From: Malacoraja senta
Taxonomy: Eukaryota
Assembly: GCA_038087875.1 (NCBI GenBank)
Contig: CM075987.1
Coordinates: forward strand, 24,616,001 to 24,680,000
DNA: 64,000 nt
Reading direction: 5' to 3'
Part shown: in pieces, positions 48,604 to 61,731 of the stretch
How positions within the stretch are numbered: position 1 is the stretch's first letter
Layout: the number at the start of each line of letters is the position of its first letter
Made by a program: the position numbers and the translations under genes
The notes under the pieces: generated by a model
What the model saw: only the letters and a program-made list of their open reading frames with translations
Told to the model about the DNA's origin: nothing
Database searches by the model: none

Positions 48604-48853
48604 ATTGATGTAAAAGTTCTACATGGGTCTCTTTACCCTGGTAGCTGCCAAGGGAGTGGGCTACATAGCTGGTGACTGGGTTAAGGGCAGAGCAACTCAT
48701 GGCTCCATGTACAGATCATGCAGAAGGCCTTCAGAATATCAAAAGCCCAGTTCCCACTGTTCCCAAATTCCGTGATCGGACATGTTAGGAAACAAATCAT
48801 TAAAAAAAAAAAAAATTCTAAAAGATAATTAAAAAAAAAATGTAATATCAAAA

Positions 48854-49024
48854 GCATGCATTGAAAATAATTTTAAAAATGTTAAAATTAACAGAAAATA
48901 GTGTTAAAATTAATGGATAAACATCCAATTCAACCTATATATACATTGAATTGGATGTATATCCATTCATTTTAACACTATTTTCTGTTAATTTTAACAT
49001 TTTAAAATTATTTTCGATGTATGC
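48854..49024. repeat. AT-rich near-perfect palindrome (about 80-bp arms, 12-nt loop)
   Basis: 48854-48933 vs 48946-49024, about 5 differences by eye. Confidence 0.9.
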
Positions 49025-49343
49025 AACGTATGTATGTGTATATATATATATACACACCGTATATATAAATATGTATATGTTTATGTTGCCTGAACTTTTT
49101 TTTCTTGGTTATATTGTTTACAGAGTACTATGTTTCCATAGTACTACTGTTGTGCTGCTGCAAATTCTGTCTGTCTGGGGCACACGAGTACAACCTCAGT
49201 GGGGACCTTCTATGTTTTAACTACTTCAGTGCTAATTGAGATCAATCCGTGAAAGCTTAACACAGGGACTAAAAGTAGAACACAAAGTGATAGAGCAGTT
49301 CAAGGGGTCAGGCAGCATCTCCGGAGGGCATGGATAAGCGCCA

Positions 49344-49870
49344 TTTAGAAGGATGAGAGTGGATCTTGCAGAAACATATACAATTCTTAAGGGATTGGAC
49401 AGGCTAGATGCAGGAAAAATGTTACCGATGTTGGGAGAGTCCAGAACCAGGGATCACAGTTTAAGAATAAGGGGTGGGCCATTTAGGACTGAGATGAGGA
49501 AACCATTTTCACCCAGAGAGTTGTGAATAGAAACATAGAAAATAGGTGCAGGAGGAGGCCATTCGGCCCTTCGAGCCAGCACCGCCATTCATTGTGATCA
49601 TGGCTGATCGTCCCCTATCAATAACCCGTGCCTGCCTTCTCCCTGAATCTGTCGAATTATCTGCTGCAGAAGGCAGTGAAGGCCAATTCACTGGATATTT
49701 TCAAGAGAGAGTTAGGTTTTGCTCTTTGGGCTAACAGAATCAAGGGATATGGGGAAAAGCAGGAACGGGGTACTGATTATGGATGATCAGCCATAATCAT
49801 ATCGTATGGTGGTGCTGGCTTGAAGGGCCGAATGGCCTATTCCTGTACCTATTTTCTACGTTTCTATGTT
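49344..49870 (+). mobile_element. CR1 3' fragment with a nested inverted CR1 tail (49529-49643)
   Basis: Duplication tgaat at 49524-49528 and 49644-49648. Confidence 0.85.
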
Positions 49871-51695
49871 TCAATTTCAGATCGGGATCCTTCTTTAGTC
49901 TGAACTTCGCCTGTCCTTGTCCTGCAGAGATGCTGCCTGACCTGTTGAGTCACTTTGTGTTCCATGTCAGATTCCACCAACTGTCTACAGGGACCAAATG
50001 AGTGTATCCAATGCAGAAAGTTATACAAACAAAGCAGGCCAAGAAATTTGAAGTGGGCAGTGGTACAAATTCAGACATGATCTTATTGAATTATCATAGC
50101 GTCGTAGAGAAACGCAGTATGGATACAGGCACCTCCGCTCATCAAGTCAGCATCAACAATCAACCACTCATTTGACATCAACCCCATTTTCATTACACAT
50201 TCTCTTCATTTCCCCCCACCATGATGCTACCACTCAACAACACACTGGTGGTAAGCTACAAGGATCAATTAATGTTCAATCCCTGGTGAGGATTGAAGAC
50301 AGGTGCCATTGAGCCACTAAATATTTTCTGCCCTTGTCTTCGGACTGCGATGAGTTCCAAAAATTCCTAAGGGTGATCAAAGAAAACAAAAGATTGAATG
50401 GTTATGAGCTGGACCAGTGATTTTCTTTTCTGTTTGGTTATTTCTTGTTTGTGGACTGTTCAACAGATTTTGGGTCCTTTTGTTCCCATTATTTTGTTTT
50501 TCCATGAAAATGTATAGAAAATAAGAGGGGGTAGGACCAGAAAGGTTTTCGAACTTCTTCTTGCCCCTTTTGAACATGAACGATATTATTTGTATTATTT
50601 GAGTTACTTATTTGTTTGTTTTCCTTTGTGTTTTATTTTATTTTATTTTATTTTATTTTTTATTGCTTATAAGCTTATTTGTGTTTGTATTTTTTAACAT
50701 GTTCAATAAATAAAAAAAATTAAAATATATATATATTTTTTTCAAAGAAATGGGGCATCAAGGGGAAGATTCAGATTGTCCACGGTGTAGTGGCCATTTG
50801 GCCTGTTTGGCATGTCATTGATGAAGGCATGTGCCTTTAAATTTTAGACTGCCCGGTATATTGTGGGTGGGATATATGACATGTTTTTGGGCGTGTTTGG
50901 ATCTAAGGTGCTTGTGCAGAAGTTTAGTTTTTAGATTAGTTTGGAGAGACGATGGGGAAGGTTAACCCTTCGACCATGCGGGCCACATGCGGGGGTCCAT
51001 GCGAGATCTAAAGGAGATCATTCCTGTGTAACGGAGACACGGGGAGTTTTCTAACGTTTAAAGTAATAAGCTGGAGTTTGATGAAGATTGTAGTAACGAT
51101 GAAGTCGGAAGAAATTTGGATGCATCTTACTGTTTTCTATCAACAGTAAAGCATTTAGTCATCAAAAGACTGCGTTTTGAAGCCATATCTGAGAAGAAGC
51201 TCTGAAGGTCTCTGTGAGTGAGCTTGCATGCGTTTCGAAGACACCCCCTTCAACCATGTTCATCCATTTAGCGGCTAGGGTGCTAATTTCCTGAAAGATA
51301 TGAAAATCTGCCGCTATACACAGGTTCGAGCCCAAAAGGACAGGTTCTTAAATAGAGCAAAACGGGTAAATTATGGATTGAGTAACTGACGCCACGTGAC
51401 AATTTTGTAGAACGTCAGCACAGAAAATAGCAAAATAATGACCATATCTTTGACACCAATGTTGTTCATTCGTGTTCATGGTATTAAGTCACTTTTCTTT
51501 ACATAATTGTTGAGTAGGTCACATACTCACGGGTCTGGAGCAACAGTATTTATTGAGTGAAACATACAACACTCAGCAGCATATCAATTCTACCATGCTG
51601 CATCACCAACTAACAACTTGCTATAATATGAATGGGGTAGTAGTCGACGGAACATATTAATAAAGCACTACATTAGTTAGTAAGTAATGTAACCA

Positions 51696-52153
51696 GTAGT
51701 AGGCCCCTCTCGGTCATGACTATCCATGGGTGATGCGTCCTAGTTTGCAGGTGATGTGTGGTCGGATGCAAGCCTGGGCGATGTCATATGGAGGACAGGC
51801 TGTTGCCCATGCAGCACGCCCCCCCCCCCCCCTCTCCACGTCGCTGATCGATCGAAAGGAACAGCAGGGCCGTTACAGTTTGGCACCAGCGCCGTCGCAG
51901 GAGCTGCCAGAGCGAGGTTGTAGACAACGACGAACTGCCTTAGGGGCTCCGACTCTGGATTTTCTTGAGGTTTACTCCTGGTGCCTTTTCCATGACTGGA
52001 TATGGCCACAAGGCAGTGGAGGTATTAAATCAGAGTTTCCCCTCTCCTAGATGGACTGCCTTCCCAGGCTGACGAGCCCCATCTGCCCGAGACTCGTGGG
52101 GGCGGGAGCGTCTACCTTCCCGTGCAGGCCTATAGCACCTGCCCACTGCCCAC
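51696..52153 (-). mobile_element. RTE-clade-derived non-autonomous (5'UTR plus 3' tail) element
   Basis: 9-bp duplication atgtaacca (51687-51695, 52154-52162) and (TAC)n tail. ggggctcgtcagcctgggaaggcagtccatctaggagaggggaaactctga resembles vertebrate RTE 5' UTRs (from memory). Confidence 0.7.
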
Positions 52154-53086
52154 ATGTAACCAATCTACAATTATTATTTCAGAATGAATGCTAATGGTCT
52201 ATTAATACATTTATCTTTTGACTGCGGGTTTTGCACGGAAAATGACAGACACCGCTTATTTTAAATAGAAGCACCAACACTTAAAATAGATAATTGCAAA
52301 AATAATATTTTCCAAGTAAAACAATCACGGAATCAAAATTCCATATTACCCCATGAGTAAATAATATTAATAGTTTTAAGTTTCAACCTGAATTGTTTCT
52401 ATTTGCATTTAATAAATGTCTTCAGTCTGACCCATAAATGAGTTAGTTATCTTTGTTGATTTTACTGTTGTGTTTTTTGGAAAGTCAGTTAACATCCATA
52501 AAATTAATAGAACATCCATGAAACTAATATTTCAATGTTGAGATACAGTCTTTACTTCACATTGTCAATTGGATTGGAAATAACAATCAAGGGAACCCAT
52601 CAATCCTTTACCATGGGTCTGAAGAAGGGTCTCAACCCAAAACATCACCCATTCCTTCTCTCCAGAGACGCTGCCCGTCCCGCTGAGTCACTCCAGCATT
52701 TTGTGCCTACCTCAAATTTAAACCAGCATCTGCTGTTCTTTCCTGCACAATCCTCTATCATGTATCTGTGCACTGTGGCCAGCTCGATTGTAACCATGTG
52801 TAGTCGTTCCGCTGAATGGTTAGCATGCAACAAAAGCATTTCTGGAGAGAAGGAATGGGTGATATTTCGGGTCACCCATTCCTACTCTAAAGAGATGCTG
52901 CCAGTCCCGCTGAGTCACTCCAGCATTTTGTGTCAATCTTCGGCTTAAATCAGCATCTGCAGTTCCCTTCCGACACAAAAGCTTTTCACTGTACCTCAGC
53001 ACACGTGACAATAAACTCAAAACTCAAACTCAATTTAAATCTGCAATAGTATTTAATTATGGTAAAAAAATAATAATTTCGTTTTA

Positions 53087-53428
53087 AGGTAGACAAAAGT
53101 GCTGGAGAAACTCAGCGGGTGCGGCAGCATCTATGGAGCGAAGGAAATAGGCAACGTTTCGGGCCGAAACCCTTGGGTTTCGGCCCGAAACGTTGCCTAT
53201 TTCCTTAAGGGTTATTTCCTTAAGGGTTGCCTATTCCTTTAAGGGTTTCGGCCCGAAACGTTGCCTATTTCCTTAAGGGTTATTTCCTTAAGGGTTGCCT
53301 ATTCCCTTAAGGGTTTCGGCCGGAAACGTTGCCTATATCCTTCACTCTATAGATGCTGCTGCACCCGCTGAGTTTCTCCAGCACTTTTGTCTACCTTCGA
53401 TTTTCCAGCATCTGCAGTTCCTTCTTAA
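53087..53428. mobile_element. Penelope-derived palindrome with internal 68-bp tandem duplication
   Basis: gggtttcggcccgaaacgttgcctat recurs at 53175, 53243 and 53311. Confidence 0.85.
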
Positions 53429-54299
53429 ATAATTTAGTTTAGTTTAGTTTAGAGATACAGTACGGAAACAGGCCCTTCAGCCCACCGGGTCCGCGCCAAC
53501 CAGTGATCCCCGCAAATTAACACTATCCTATACACACAAGGGACAATTTTTCCAATTTACCAAGCCAATTAACCTACAAACCTGTACGTCTTTCTTTCAG
53601 TTTCCGGGTTTTCTTTGTTTCGTCTGGGAAGTATTATTATTCACACAAATGAAGAAGACCCTTTCCTGAAGAAGGGTCTCAACCTGAAACGTCACCCATT
53701 CTTTCTCTCCAGAGATGCTGCCTGTCCAGATGAGTTACTCCAGCATTTTGTGTCTATGTTCTATTTAAACCAGCATCTGCAGTTCTTTCCTACACATTAT
53801 TCACACAAGCCTTTTGCTGTCTGTTTTTACTGGTGGTCAATGTGATATTGTCATTTGGCGATTATTCTAAGTTTTGGTACATTTGACTGACCCCCGATAT
53901 ACACAACAGTGTATCCTACTTTACAATGCAGCTAAAACGGAGTCAAATTGATGACAAACTGTCAACACGTCGCAGGAAAATTCACAAGCACAAGTTATTT
54001 ACATGGTTTTGCTAACAGATTATGTTTCGAGGGGCCACATTGGCTTATTGGAATGAAGTAAATTGTGTGTTGGAGAACAGGCAACAGCTTATTGTTCACT
54101 TTCAAATTAAAATCTGCAAATACAAATATTCTCCCAAATGACCTCAGCTCAAAACTCTGCTCTACTTTTCAAGATGTTGCTACCTCAGCAGCAGAAATAT
54201 TATCTGTTATAGTCGTTGTCAAGAGATTTTGCCTGCTTGATCCAAGCCAGAATTCCTCAGTGATTATATGCACACACATGCATGCATAAATAAACATTA

Positions 54300-54609
54300 A
54301 TGTATACACACACACCTATATATTTATATATACAGTACATGCATACATATAAATATATATATGGATATTTGCATACACGCTCATGCATATATATATATAT
54401 ACATATATATATATACAAAATGCTGGAGTAACTCAGCAGGACAACCAGCATCTCTGGAGAGGAATGGGTGATGTTTCGGTTCAAGACCCTTTTTCAGCTG
54501 AGTTACTCCAGTATTTAATGTCTATTTTCGATTTAAATCAGCATTTGCAGTTCCTTCCCACACGCATATATATATATTATATATGTATGTGTGTAGACAT
54601 ATACACATG

Positions 54610-54657
<48 letters not shown>

Positions 54658-54747
54658 TGCATGTACATATATACACACACACATATGTCCATACACATAC
54701 ATACATTAATATATATGTATATATATATATGTGTGTGTGTGTATATA
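54300..54747. repeat. TA/CA low-complexity microsatellite tract with an embedded Penelope-derived piece (54415-54562)
   Basis: Directly visible. Confidence 0.85.
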
Positions 54748-56352
54748 CAGTGGCTTGCAAAAGTTTTCATACCCCTTGAACTTTTCCACATTTTGTCACA
54801 ACCACCAACGTAAATGTATTTTATTGGGATTTTATGTGATAGATCAACACAAAGTGGCGCACAATTGTGAAGTGGAAGGAAAATGATACATGGTTTTCAA
54901 ACTTTTTTACAAATAAAAAACTGAAAAGTGTCGTGTGCAAAGGTATTCAGCCCCCCTGAGTCAATACTTTGTAGAACCACCTTTCGCTGCAATTACAGCT
55001 GCAAGTCTTTTGGGGTATGTCTCTACCAGCTTTGCACATCTAGAGACTGATATTTTTGCCCATTCTTCTTTGCAAAATAGCTCAAGCTCAGTCAGATTGG
55101 ATGGAGAGCGTCTGTGAACAGCAATTTTCAAGTCTTGCCAGAGCTTCTCAATTGGATTTAGGTCTGGACTTTGACTGGGCCATTCTAACACATGAATATG
55201 CTTTGATCTAAACCATTCCATTGTAGCTCTGGCTGTATGTTTAGGGTTGTTGTCCTGCTGGAAGGTGAACCTCCGCCCCAGTCTCAAGTCTTTTGCAGAC
55301 TCTAACATGTTTTCTTCCAAGATTGCCCTGTATTTGGCTCCATCCATCTTCCCATCAACTCTGACCAGCTTCCCTGTCCCTGATGAAAAAAAGCATCCCC
55401 ACAGCATGATGCTGCCACCACCATGTTTCACAGTGGGGATGGTGTGTTCAGGGTGATGTGCAGTGTTAGGTTTCCGCCACACATAGCGTTTTGCATTTAG
55501 GCCAAAAACTTCAATTTTGGTCTCATCTGACCAGAGCACCTTCCTCTACATGTTTGCTGTGTCCCCCACATGGCTTGTGGCAAACTGCAAACGGGACTTC
55601 TTATGGCTTTTTTTCAACAATGGCTTTCTTCTTGCCACTCTTCCATAAAGGCCCGATTTGTGGAGTGCACGACTAATAGTTGTCCTGTGGACAGATTCTC
55701 CCACCTGAGCTGTGGATCTCTGCAGCTCCTCCAGAGTTACCATGGGCCTCTTGGCTGCTTCTCTGATCAATGCTCTCCTTGCCCGGCCTGTCAGTTTAGG
55801 TGGACGGCCATGTCTTGGTAGGTTTGCAGTTGTGCCATACTCTTTCCATTTTCGGATGATGGATTGAACAGTGCTCCGTGAGATGTTCAAAGCTTGGGAT
55901 ATTTTTTTATAACCTAACCCTGCTTTAAACTTCTCCACAACTTTATCCCTGACCTGTCTGGTGTGTTCCTTGGGCTTCATGATGCTGTTTGTTCACTAAT
56001 GTTCTCTAACAAACCTCTGAAGCCTTCACAGAACAGCTGTATTGATACTGAGATTAGATTACACACAAGTGGACTCTATTTACTAATTAGGTGACTTCTG
56101 AAGGCAATTGGTTGCACTGGATTTTATTTAGGGGTATCAGAGTAAAGGGGGCTGAATACTTTTGCACGCGACACTTTTCAGTTTTTTATTTGTAAAAAAA
56201 TTTGAAAACCATTTTCCTTCCACTTCACAATTATGCGCCACTTTGTGTTGGTCTATCACATAAAATCCCAATAAAATACATTTACGTTTGTGGTTGTAAC
56301 GTGACAAAATGTGGAAAAGTTCAAGGGGTATGAATACTTTTGCAAGCCACTG
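54748..56352 (-). mobile_element. Tc1/mariner IR/DR transposon, Passport-like, full length (1605 bp)
   Basis: TA target duplication. TIRs of about 205 bp (54748-54956, 56147-56352) start cagtggcttgcaaaag and contain an inner direct repeat gtgcaaa(a/g)gtattcag. Confidence 0.97.
54961..55980 (-). pseudogene. Tc1 DD34E transposase, 339 codons with one in-frame TAG (55546-55548)
   Basis: ORFs 55546..55980 and 54961..55539 are in the same frame: ..GDTANM*RKVLWSDETK..QQDNNPKH..SPDLNPIE..KGGSTKY. GRPPK and paired-like HTH in the N-terminus. Confidence 0.95.
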
Positions 56353-56418
56353 TATATATATATTTATTTATTTATTTACACACACATATATATATAAGAA
56401 TGCATACACCTACCCAGA

Positions 56419-56660
<242 letters not shown>

Positions 56661-57931
56661 TACATACACATTGTATCCCCAATCCATTGGCCAGAGACAA
56701 CTTCACCTTTGGAAGCTGTGTGAGGGTTTGCCTAACAAGAGTAGGCCTAGTCTGCCACGGCAGGAGATGCAACCACAGATGAAACATTCCCCTGTCTAAG
56801 CAGGACAAGGTCAAAGCTGCACCGTCCTCTCTCTCAGATGGGCGGGTGCCAACCAATCTATGATACATCAATAGTTACCACAAACTCCCAAAACATGGAC
56901 GTGGAGACAATCAGACACGTATTCACACTGAGCCAAAGATACAAACAGGTTGAACATTTGAGCAAAAGCACACGGTTAACAAAGCAGACATTAAAGAAGA
57001 TTTCTTAATATGAAGTGAAGGCAAACAGCAAATACTTTGGGAGTGATTTGCAGAACTTAAAAAAACTTAAATAACCAAAGTTGCAGCTGCCAATGATGGG
57101 GAGAAGTGAATGGAGAGGGATTTTTGCCAGGCCAGCAAAACGTTAAGTTGTTTGTTCTCAGTCAAGCCACAGGGATTTGAAAAGTACACTAAGTACTCCC
57201 TTGTGAATTGAATTCAAACTTTGAGCCATATGCTTAGTTCCATTGCTTGTAAACATTTGCCTAAAACAAAAATTGAGAAAGATAAGGGTTAGTCATTGAA
57301 CAAAACTGGTTCCAATTTATAAGTGTTCCAGGTTTTCGTATGAACACATCAGCTACCGCTTAGAAAACGATGGAAAAAAAAAATGTAATTTAGCCCGAAG
57401 AACTATTCAGACTCCGTAATTGAAGCAAGATTTCACTGGTGGAGGGGATGAGATTGTCTTGTCTAAAAGAAAGAATAAACAAACTTTTCTTCCGTGAGAG
57501 GCAGGAACTTGAATTGTCTGAGAGATCAACTAGTGAGCGATGTCCGCAATCCATTACACTTATGTGTTTTGGCTAAAATTGAATTAATTAATTGCCTTGG
57601 CAAGATCACAAACATGGCTTTGGGACCATTCCAAAATCCCATTGAGTCATACAGTGTGGAAACAGGCCCCTCGGCCCAACTTGCCCACACCGGCCAACAT
57701 GTCCCAGCTACACTAGTCAGTCCCAGGTACACTAGTCAGAAAATGTGAGGTGCTTCCGATATGTGAATTGCTGATCATATTTTTTTCCTTCTAACAGTAT
57801 TGAAGTAGTTAAAGATGCCATCTTTCGAAATGGTACTTTAGACCATGGACTCATCTGCTATTAGGTTAAAGAAAATCCCTGACGTTATTTAGGGAACAGT
57901 TAACTGGTCAATATATCCTCCTAAACAACAC

Positions 57932-58600
57932 GGGGCGGCACGGCGGTTGCAGCGGTAGAGCTGCTGCCTTATAGCCCTGTCCCACTCTACAAGTTCATTC
58001 CAAGAGCTCTCCCGAGTTTAAAAAAAAAATCAAACTCGTGGTAAGCACGGAGAATGAACGTAGCGGGTATGTCGGAGCTCGGGGATGTCTCTTAGCGGCT
58101 CGTAATGCTAACGGCAGGTACTCGGGAAGACTCACTAACGGCAGGTAAGCTCGGGAAGACTCGTGAAGATTTTTCAACACGTTGAAAAATGTCCACGAGA
58201 GCCCCGAGTACCGACGAGCGGCCATTACCGTAAATCTCCGAGTTCGAATCAAGGAAAACTCGGGAGAGCTCTTGGAATGAACTCGTACAGTGGGACAGGG
58301 CTGAACCAGTGCCAGAGACCCGGATTCGATCCTGACCACGAGTGCTGTCTGTACGGAGTTTGTACGTTCTCCCCGTGACCATGTGGGTTTTCTCCTGGTG
58401 CTCCGGTTTCCTCCCACATTCCAAAAGGCCTACAGGTTTGGAAGTTAATTGTCTTCGGTAAAGATTGTAAATTGTCCCCAGTGTGTGTAGGATAGTGCTA
58501 GTGTACGGGGTCGCTGGTCGGCGCGGACTCGGTGGGCCGAGGGGCCTGTTTCCGCTCTGTATCTCTAACCTAATCTAAACTAAACTAAACTAACCTAAAC
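57932..58600 (+). mobile_element. V-SINE interrupted by a Harbinger-type MITE
   Basis: SINE head at 57932-57971 resumes at about 58305. Confidence 0.85.
57972..58303. mobile_element. PIF/Harbinger-type MITE
   Basis: agccctgtcccactctacaagttcattccaagagctctcccgagttt / aaactcgggagagctcttggaatgaactcgtacagtgggacagggct, inserted after TTA. Confidence 0.85.
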
Positions 58601-58641
58601 TCTTTATTATGGAATCAAATCAAGCACGAAGGTTTCAAGCA

Positions 58642-58830
58642 AAGGTAAACAAAAATGCTGGAGAAACTCAGCAGGTGTAGCAGCATCTATGGAGCGAAGG
58701 AATTGGTGACGTTTCAGGCCGAAACGTTGCCTATCTCCTTCGCTCCATAGATGCTGCTGCACCCACTGAGTTTCTCCAGCATTTTTGTGTACCTTCGATT
58801 TTCCAGCATCTGCAGTTCCTTCTTTAACAC
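58642..58830. mobile_element. Penelope-derived palindromic element
   Basis: 13-bp flanking duplication aaggtttcaagca. Confidence 0.82.
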
Positions 58831-58982
58831 AAGGTTTCAAGCAGGACTGGAAGGAAGGACATAGAGATGGAGATGTGAGATGTATTAGAGGGAACCTCAG
58901 AAGTTCGGTACCACAAAGCCTTTGTTGTGCAGACACAATTGTCCATGGTGCCAATTAAACATGATTCCTGCCATAATCAAAC

Positions 58983-59116
58983 GTTTAAGAAAGAACTGTA
59001 GATGCTGGAAAAATCGAAGGTAGATAAAAATGCTGGAGAAACTCAGCGGGTGAGGCAGCATCTATGGAGCGAAGGAAATAGGCGACGTTTCGGGTCGAGA
59101 CCCTTCTTCAGACTAT
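58983..59116 (-). mobile_element. Penelope-derived short element with intact hammerhead core (59084-59111)
   Basis: 15-bp flanking duplication ctgccataatcaaac. Confidence 0.82.
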
Positions 59117-59334
59117 CTGCCATAATCAAACTATACTTTCTAGATGATACTGAGATTTAAATTAATTACTAACAGGAATGAAAACAGAAGAATAAGTCTG
59201 GAGTTAGTTGAGTTGAGTTGAGTTGAGTTGGTTTATTACTGTCAGGTGGACCGATGTACAGTGAAAAGCGTTAAGTAAATAAACAAGGAACTGCAGATAC
59301 TGGTTTATACACAAAGTGACACAAAGTGCTGGAG

Positions 59335-59625
59335 CAGGAGCCTGAAGACTGCAATGACCAGGTTCAGGAATATCTGCTTCCCCACAGCCATCAGGCTATT
59401 AAACTCGGCTCGGACAAAACACTGAACATTAATAGCCCATTATCTGTTTATTTGCACTTTATCAATTTATTTATTCGTGTGTGTATATATTTTTACAATG
59501 GTATATGGACACACTGATCTGTTCAGTATTCGTGCCTACTATGTTCTGTTGTGCTAAAGCAAAGCAAGAATTTCATTGTCCTATCTGGGATACATGACAA
59601 TAAACTCTCTTGAACTCTTGATCTT
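59335..59625 (+). mobile_element. Rex1/Babar-type LINE 3' end nested in a Penelope-derived element
   Basis: accaggttcaggaa..cttccccacagccatcaggctattaaac (degenerate TRFRNxFFPxAIRLLN) and (TCTTGA)n tail. Confidence 0.7.
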
Positions 59626-60499
59626 GAGTAACTCAGCTGGTCAGGCAGCATCCCTGGAGAACATGGACAGGTGACGTTTCGGAAGGGTCTCCACATGAAA
59701 CATCACCTGTCCACATTCTCCTGACCCACTGAATTACTCCAGCACTTTGTGTCCTTTCGGAATTAAGTATATTGGATTAAAGGAACCTCCCCCTTTTTTT
59801 TCCTAAGCTGCACTCGTTCACTAAAACCTGCTCACGACAGCACAATTTCAGTGGATCTGCTTCGTAACATCTGCCTCACTGTTCAGTCTCAAAGGGAGAG
59901 TCACCATTGCTGTGCCAAACAATGTAGGATGGTCAAGATTCTTGGCGGGTCTCGGTGACGCAGAGAAGGGGGATGATCACAGCTGCCTACGGCATCCTTG
60001 CCTGAGGAGATCTAGAGCGGTCCCAAGCTCTATTCCCGATGAGTGTCCACTGCTCTCGGTGGAGAAGCATGGGGCCGAGACGTGGTGGTCTTTGCTGTTG
60101 AATCTCCAGCAGGGGAACTGGTCAATCATTCACAGATGGTGCAGTGAAATACTGAAACCTCAGCTAGGTAAAGGGAGAAAATGGAAAATAACATCTGCGG
60201 GGGCAATGAATCATCATAAAGATTGGAAGATCTTGTCGGAATGACCCCCAACATAATTAACTATTTGACTGCTTTGAGATTAAAATGGATATCTCATGGG
60301 TTGTATCAAGGGCCAATTTCTGACCAAAACACAATGGATATGGACTAGCTCGAGGGAAAAGGAGCACTTCATAATTTAAAAAAAAAGGTATCTCAAGCGA
60401 TTATCTTCTTGAAAGCTTGAAGAATAAAAAGACTTCAGCAGATGCCAAAATCCTTTAGTTTCACACAAGAGCTGTGAAATGATCTCTGATGATGAGCCG

Positions 60500-60925
60500 T
60501 TTGACGCACTGGGCCTGTGCTCGCTGGAGTTTAGAAGGATGAGGGGGGGACCTCATTGAAACTTACCAAATAGTGAAAGGCCTGGATAGAGTGGATGTGG
60601 AGAGGATGTTTCCACTAGTGGGAGAGTCTAGGACCAGAGGTCATAGCCTCAGAATTAATGGACGTCATTTTAGGAAGGAGATGAGGAGAAATTTCTTTAG
60701 TCAGATGGTGGTGAATCTGTGGAATTATTCGCCACAGACGGCTGTGGAGGCCAAGTCAGTGGATATTTTTAAGGCAGAGATAGATAGGTTCTTGATTCGT
60801 ACAGGTGTCAGAGGTTATGGAGTGAAGGCAGGAGAGTGGGGTTAGGAGGAAGAGATAGATCAGCCACGATTGAATGGCGGAGTAGACTTGATGGGCCGAA
60901 TGGCCTAATGTTCCTCCTATCACTA
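60500..60925 (+). mobile_element. CR1 LINE 3' fragment
   Basis: KGLDRVDVERMFPLVGESRTRGHSLRI..FFSQMVVNLWN. Confidence 0.88.
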
Positions 60926-61731
60926 ATGTGCTTCAAATAGCACCGACTGCAGAGAATGACCATTTTAAAACCTAATTTATTTGGCATATGTTCTGAGCTC
61001 TTTGATGAACACTCACAATGTACTTTAAACATAGGAACAAAAAGATATACGAGACGAAAGAATGGGGATGATGGCCATTTTATCTTCTCGAATGAAGAAT
61101 GCGTGGCAAGCCTGGAAGAATCCTCCGGGAGTTCTGCTTTCATGTGGAGAACAAAAGCTTAACAAATCTGTTGAGCAAAAACTCCTCGCTACTTAAGTTT
61201 GTAGGGGGAAATATTTATCGCAGGAGATTGACTCCTCCAGCCCTGCCGACATATAACTTAAACGCCATCAAAAGACATCACTGCTCTTGGTAAAAGGGAG
61301 TACCATCTGTGTTAAGAACTTGGGGAATATTTTTCACTTAATAGATGGGATGTTTCTTTCAGTTTTCCTCAATCCGAATGGATATGAATCGAGACAACAG
61401 CTGGAAGTGTTCTGCTTCATTTCCCTGCGATAAAGTCCCAACTCACTTTGCGCTATCTTTGAATAGCTGACCGGTGAAATGGACTTTAAATTATGCTTGC
61501 CTCATCGTTTTTAATCGGGGTACTAACCTGCCTCTACTCCTAGATCCAATGCCCCTGGGTGCAAAGCGAATAACATTGCCTTTTAAGTCTGACAATTGAT
61601 TTTAAAAATCTCTTTTCAAAAATGGCTCACCCTCTCCCATTCTCCATAACCTCCCGTGCTCGGACATCTGCCGTACTGCGGCACGGTGGCGCAGCGGTAG
61701 AGTTGCCGCCTTTGTGCCGTTCTTCATCAGT

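Noticed and set aside
50380..50725. L1/Tx1 3' end with AATAAA and A-tail
   Set aside because: Only weak resemblance, with no convincing ORF motif or TSD.
50962..51350. piggyBac-like element starting TTAA-CCCTT
   Set aside because: No matching right TIR (AAGGG-TTAA) was found. It may be a degraded DNA transposon but is unsupported.
52060..52153. HDV-like ribozyme at the 5' end of the RTE-derived element
   Set aside because: GGCAGAUGGGG resembles J4/2-P2', but I could not place P3/L3/P1 in the required order. Only a simple hairpin is evident.
59912..60244. 110-aa ORF with a donor-like ctag|gtaaag
   Set aside because: No recognisable homology and non-ATG start. It cannot be supported without RNA data.
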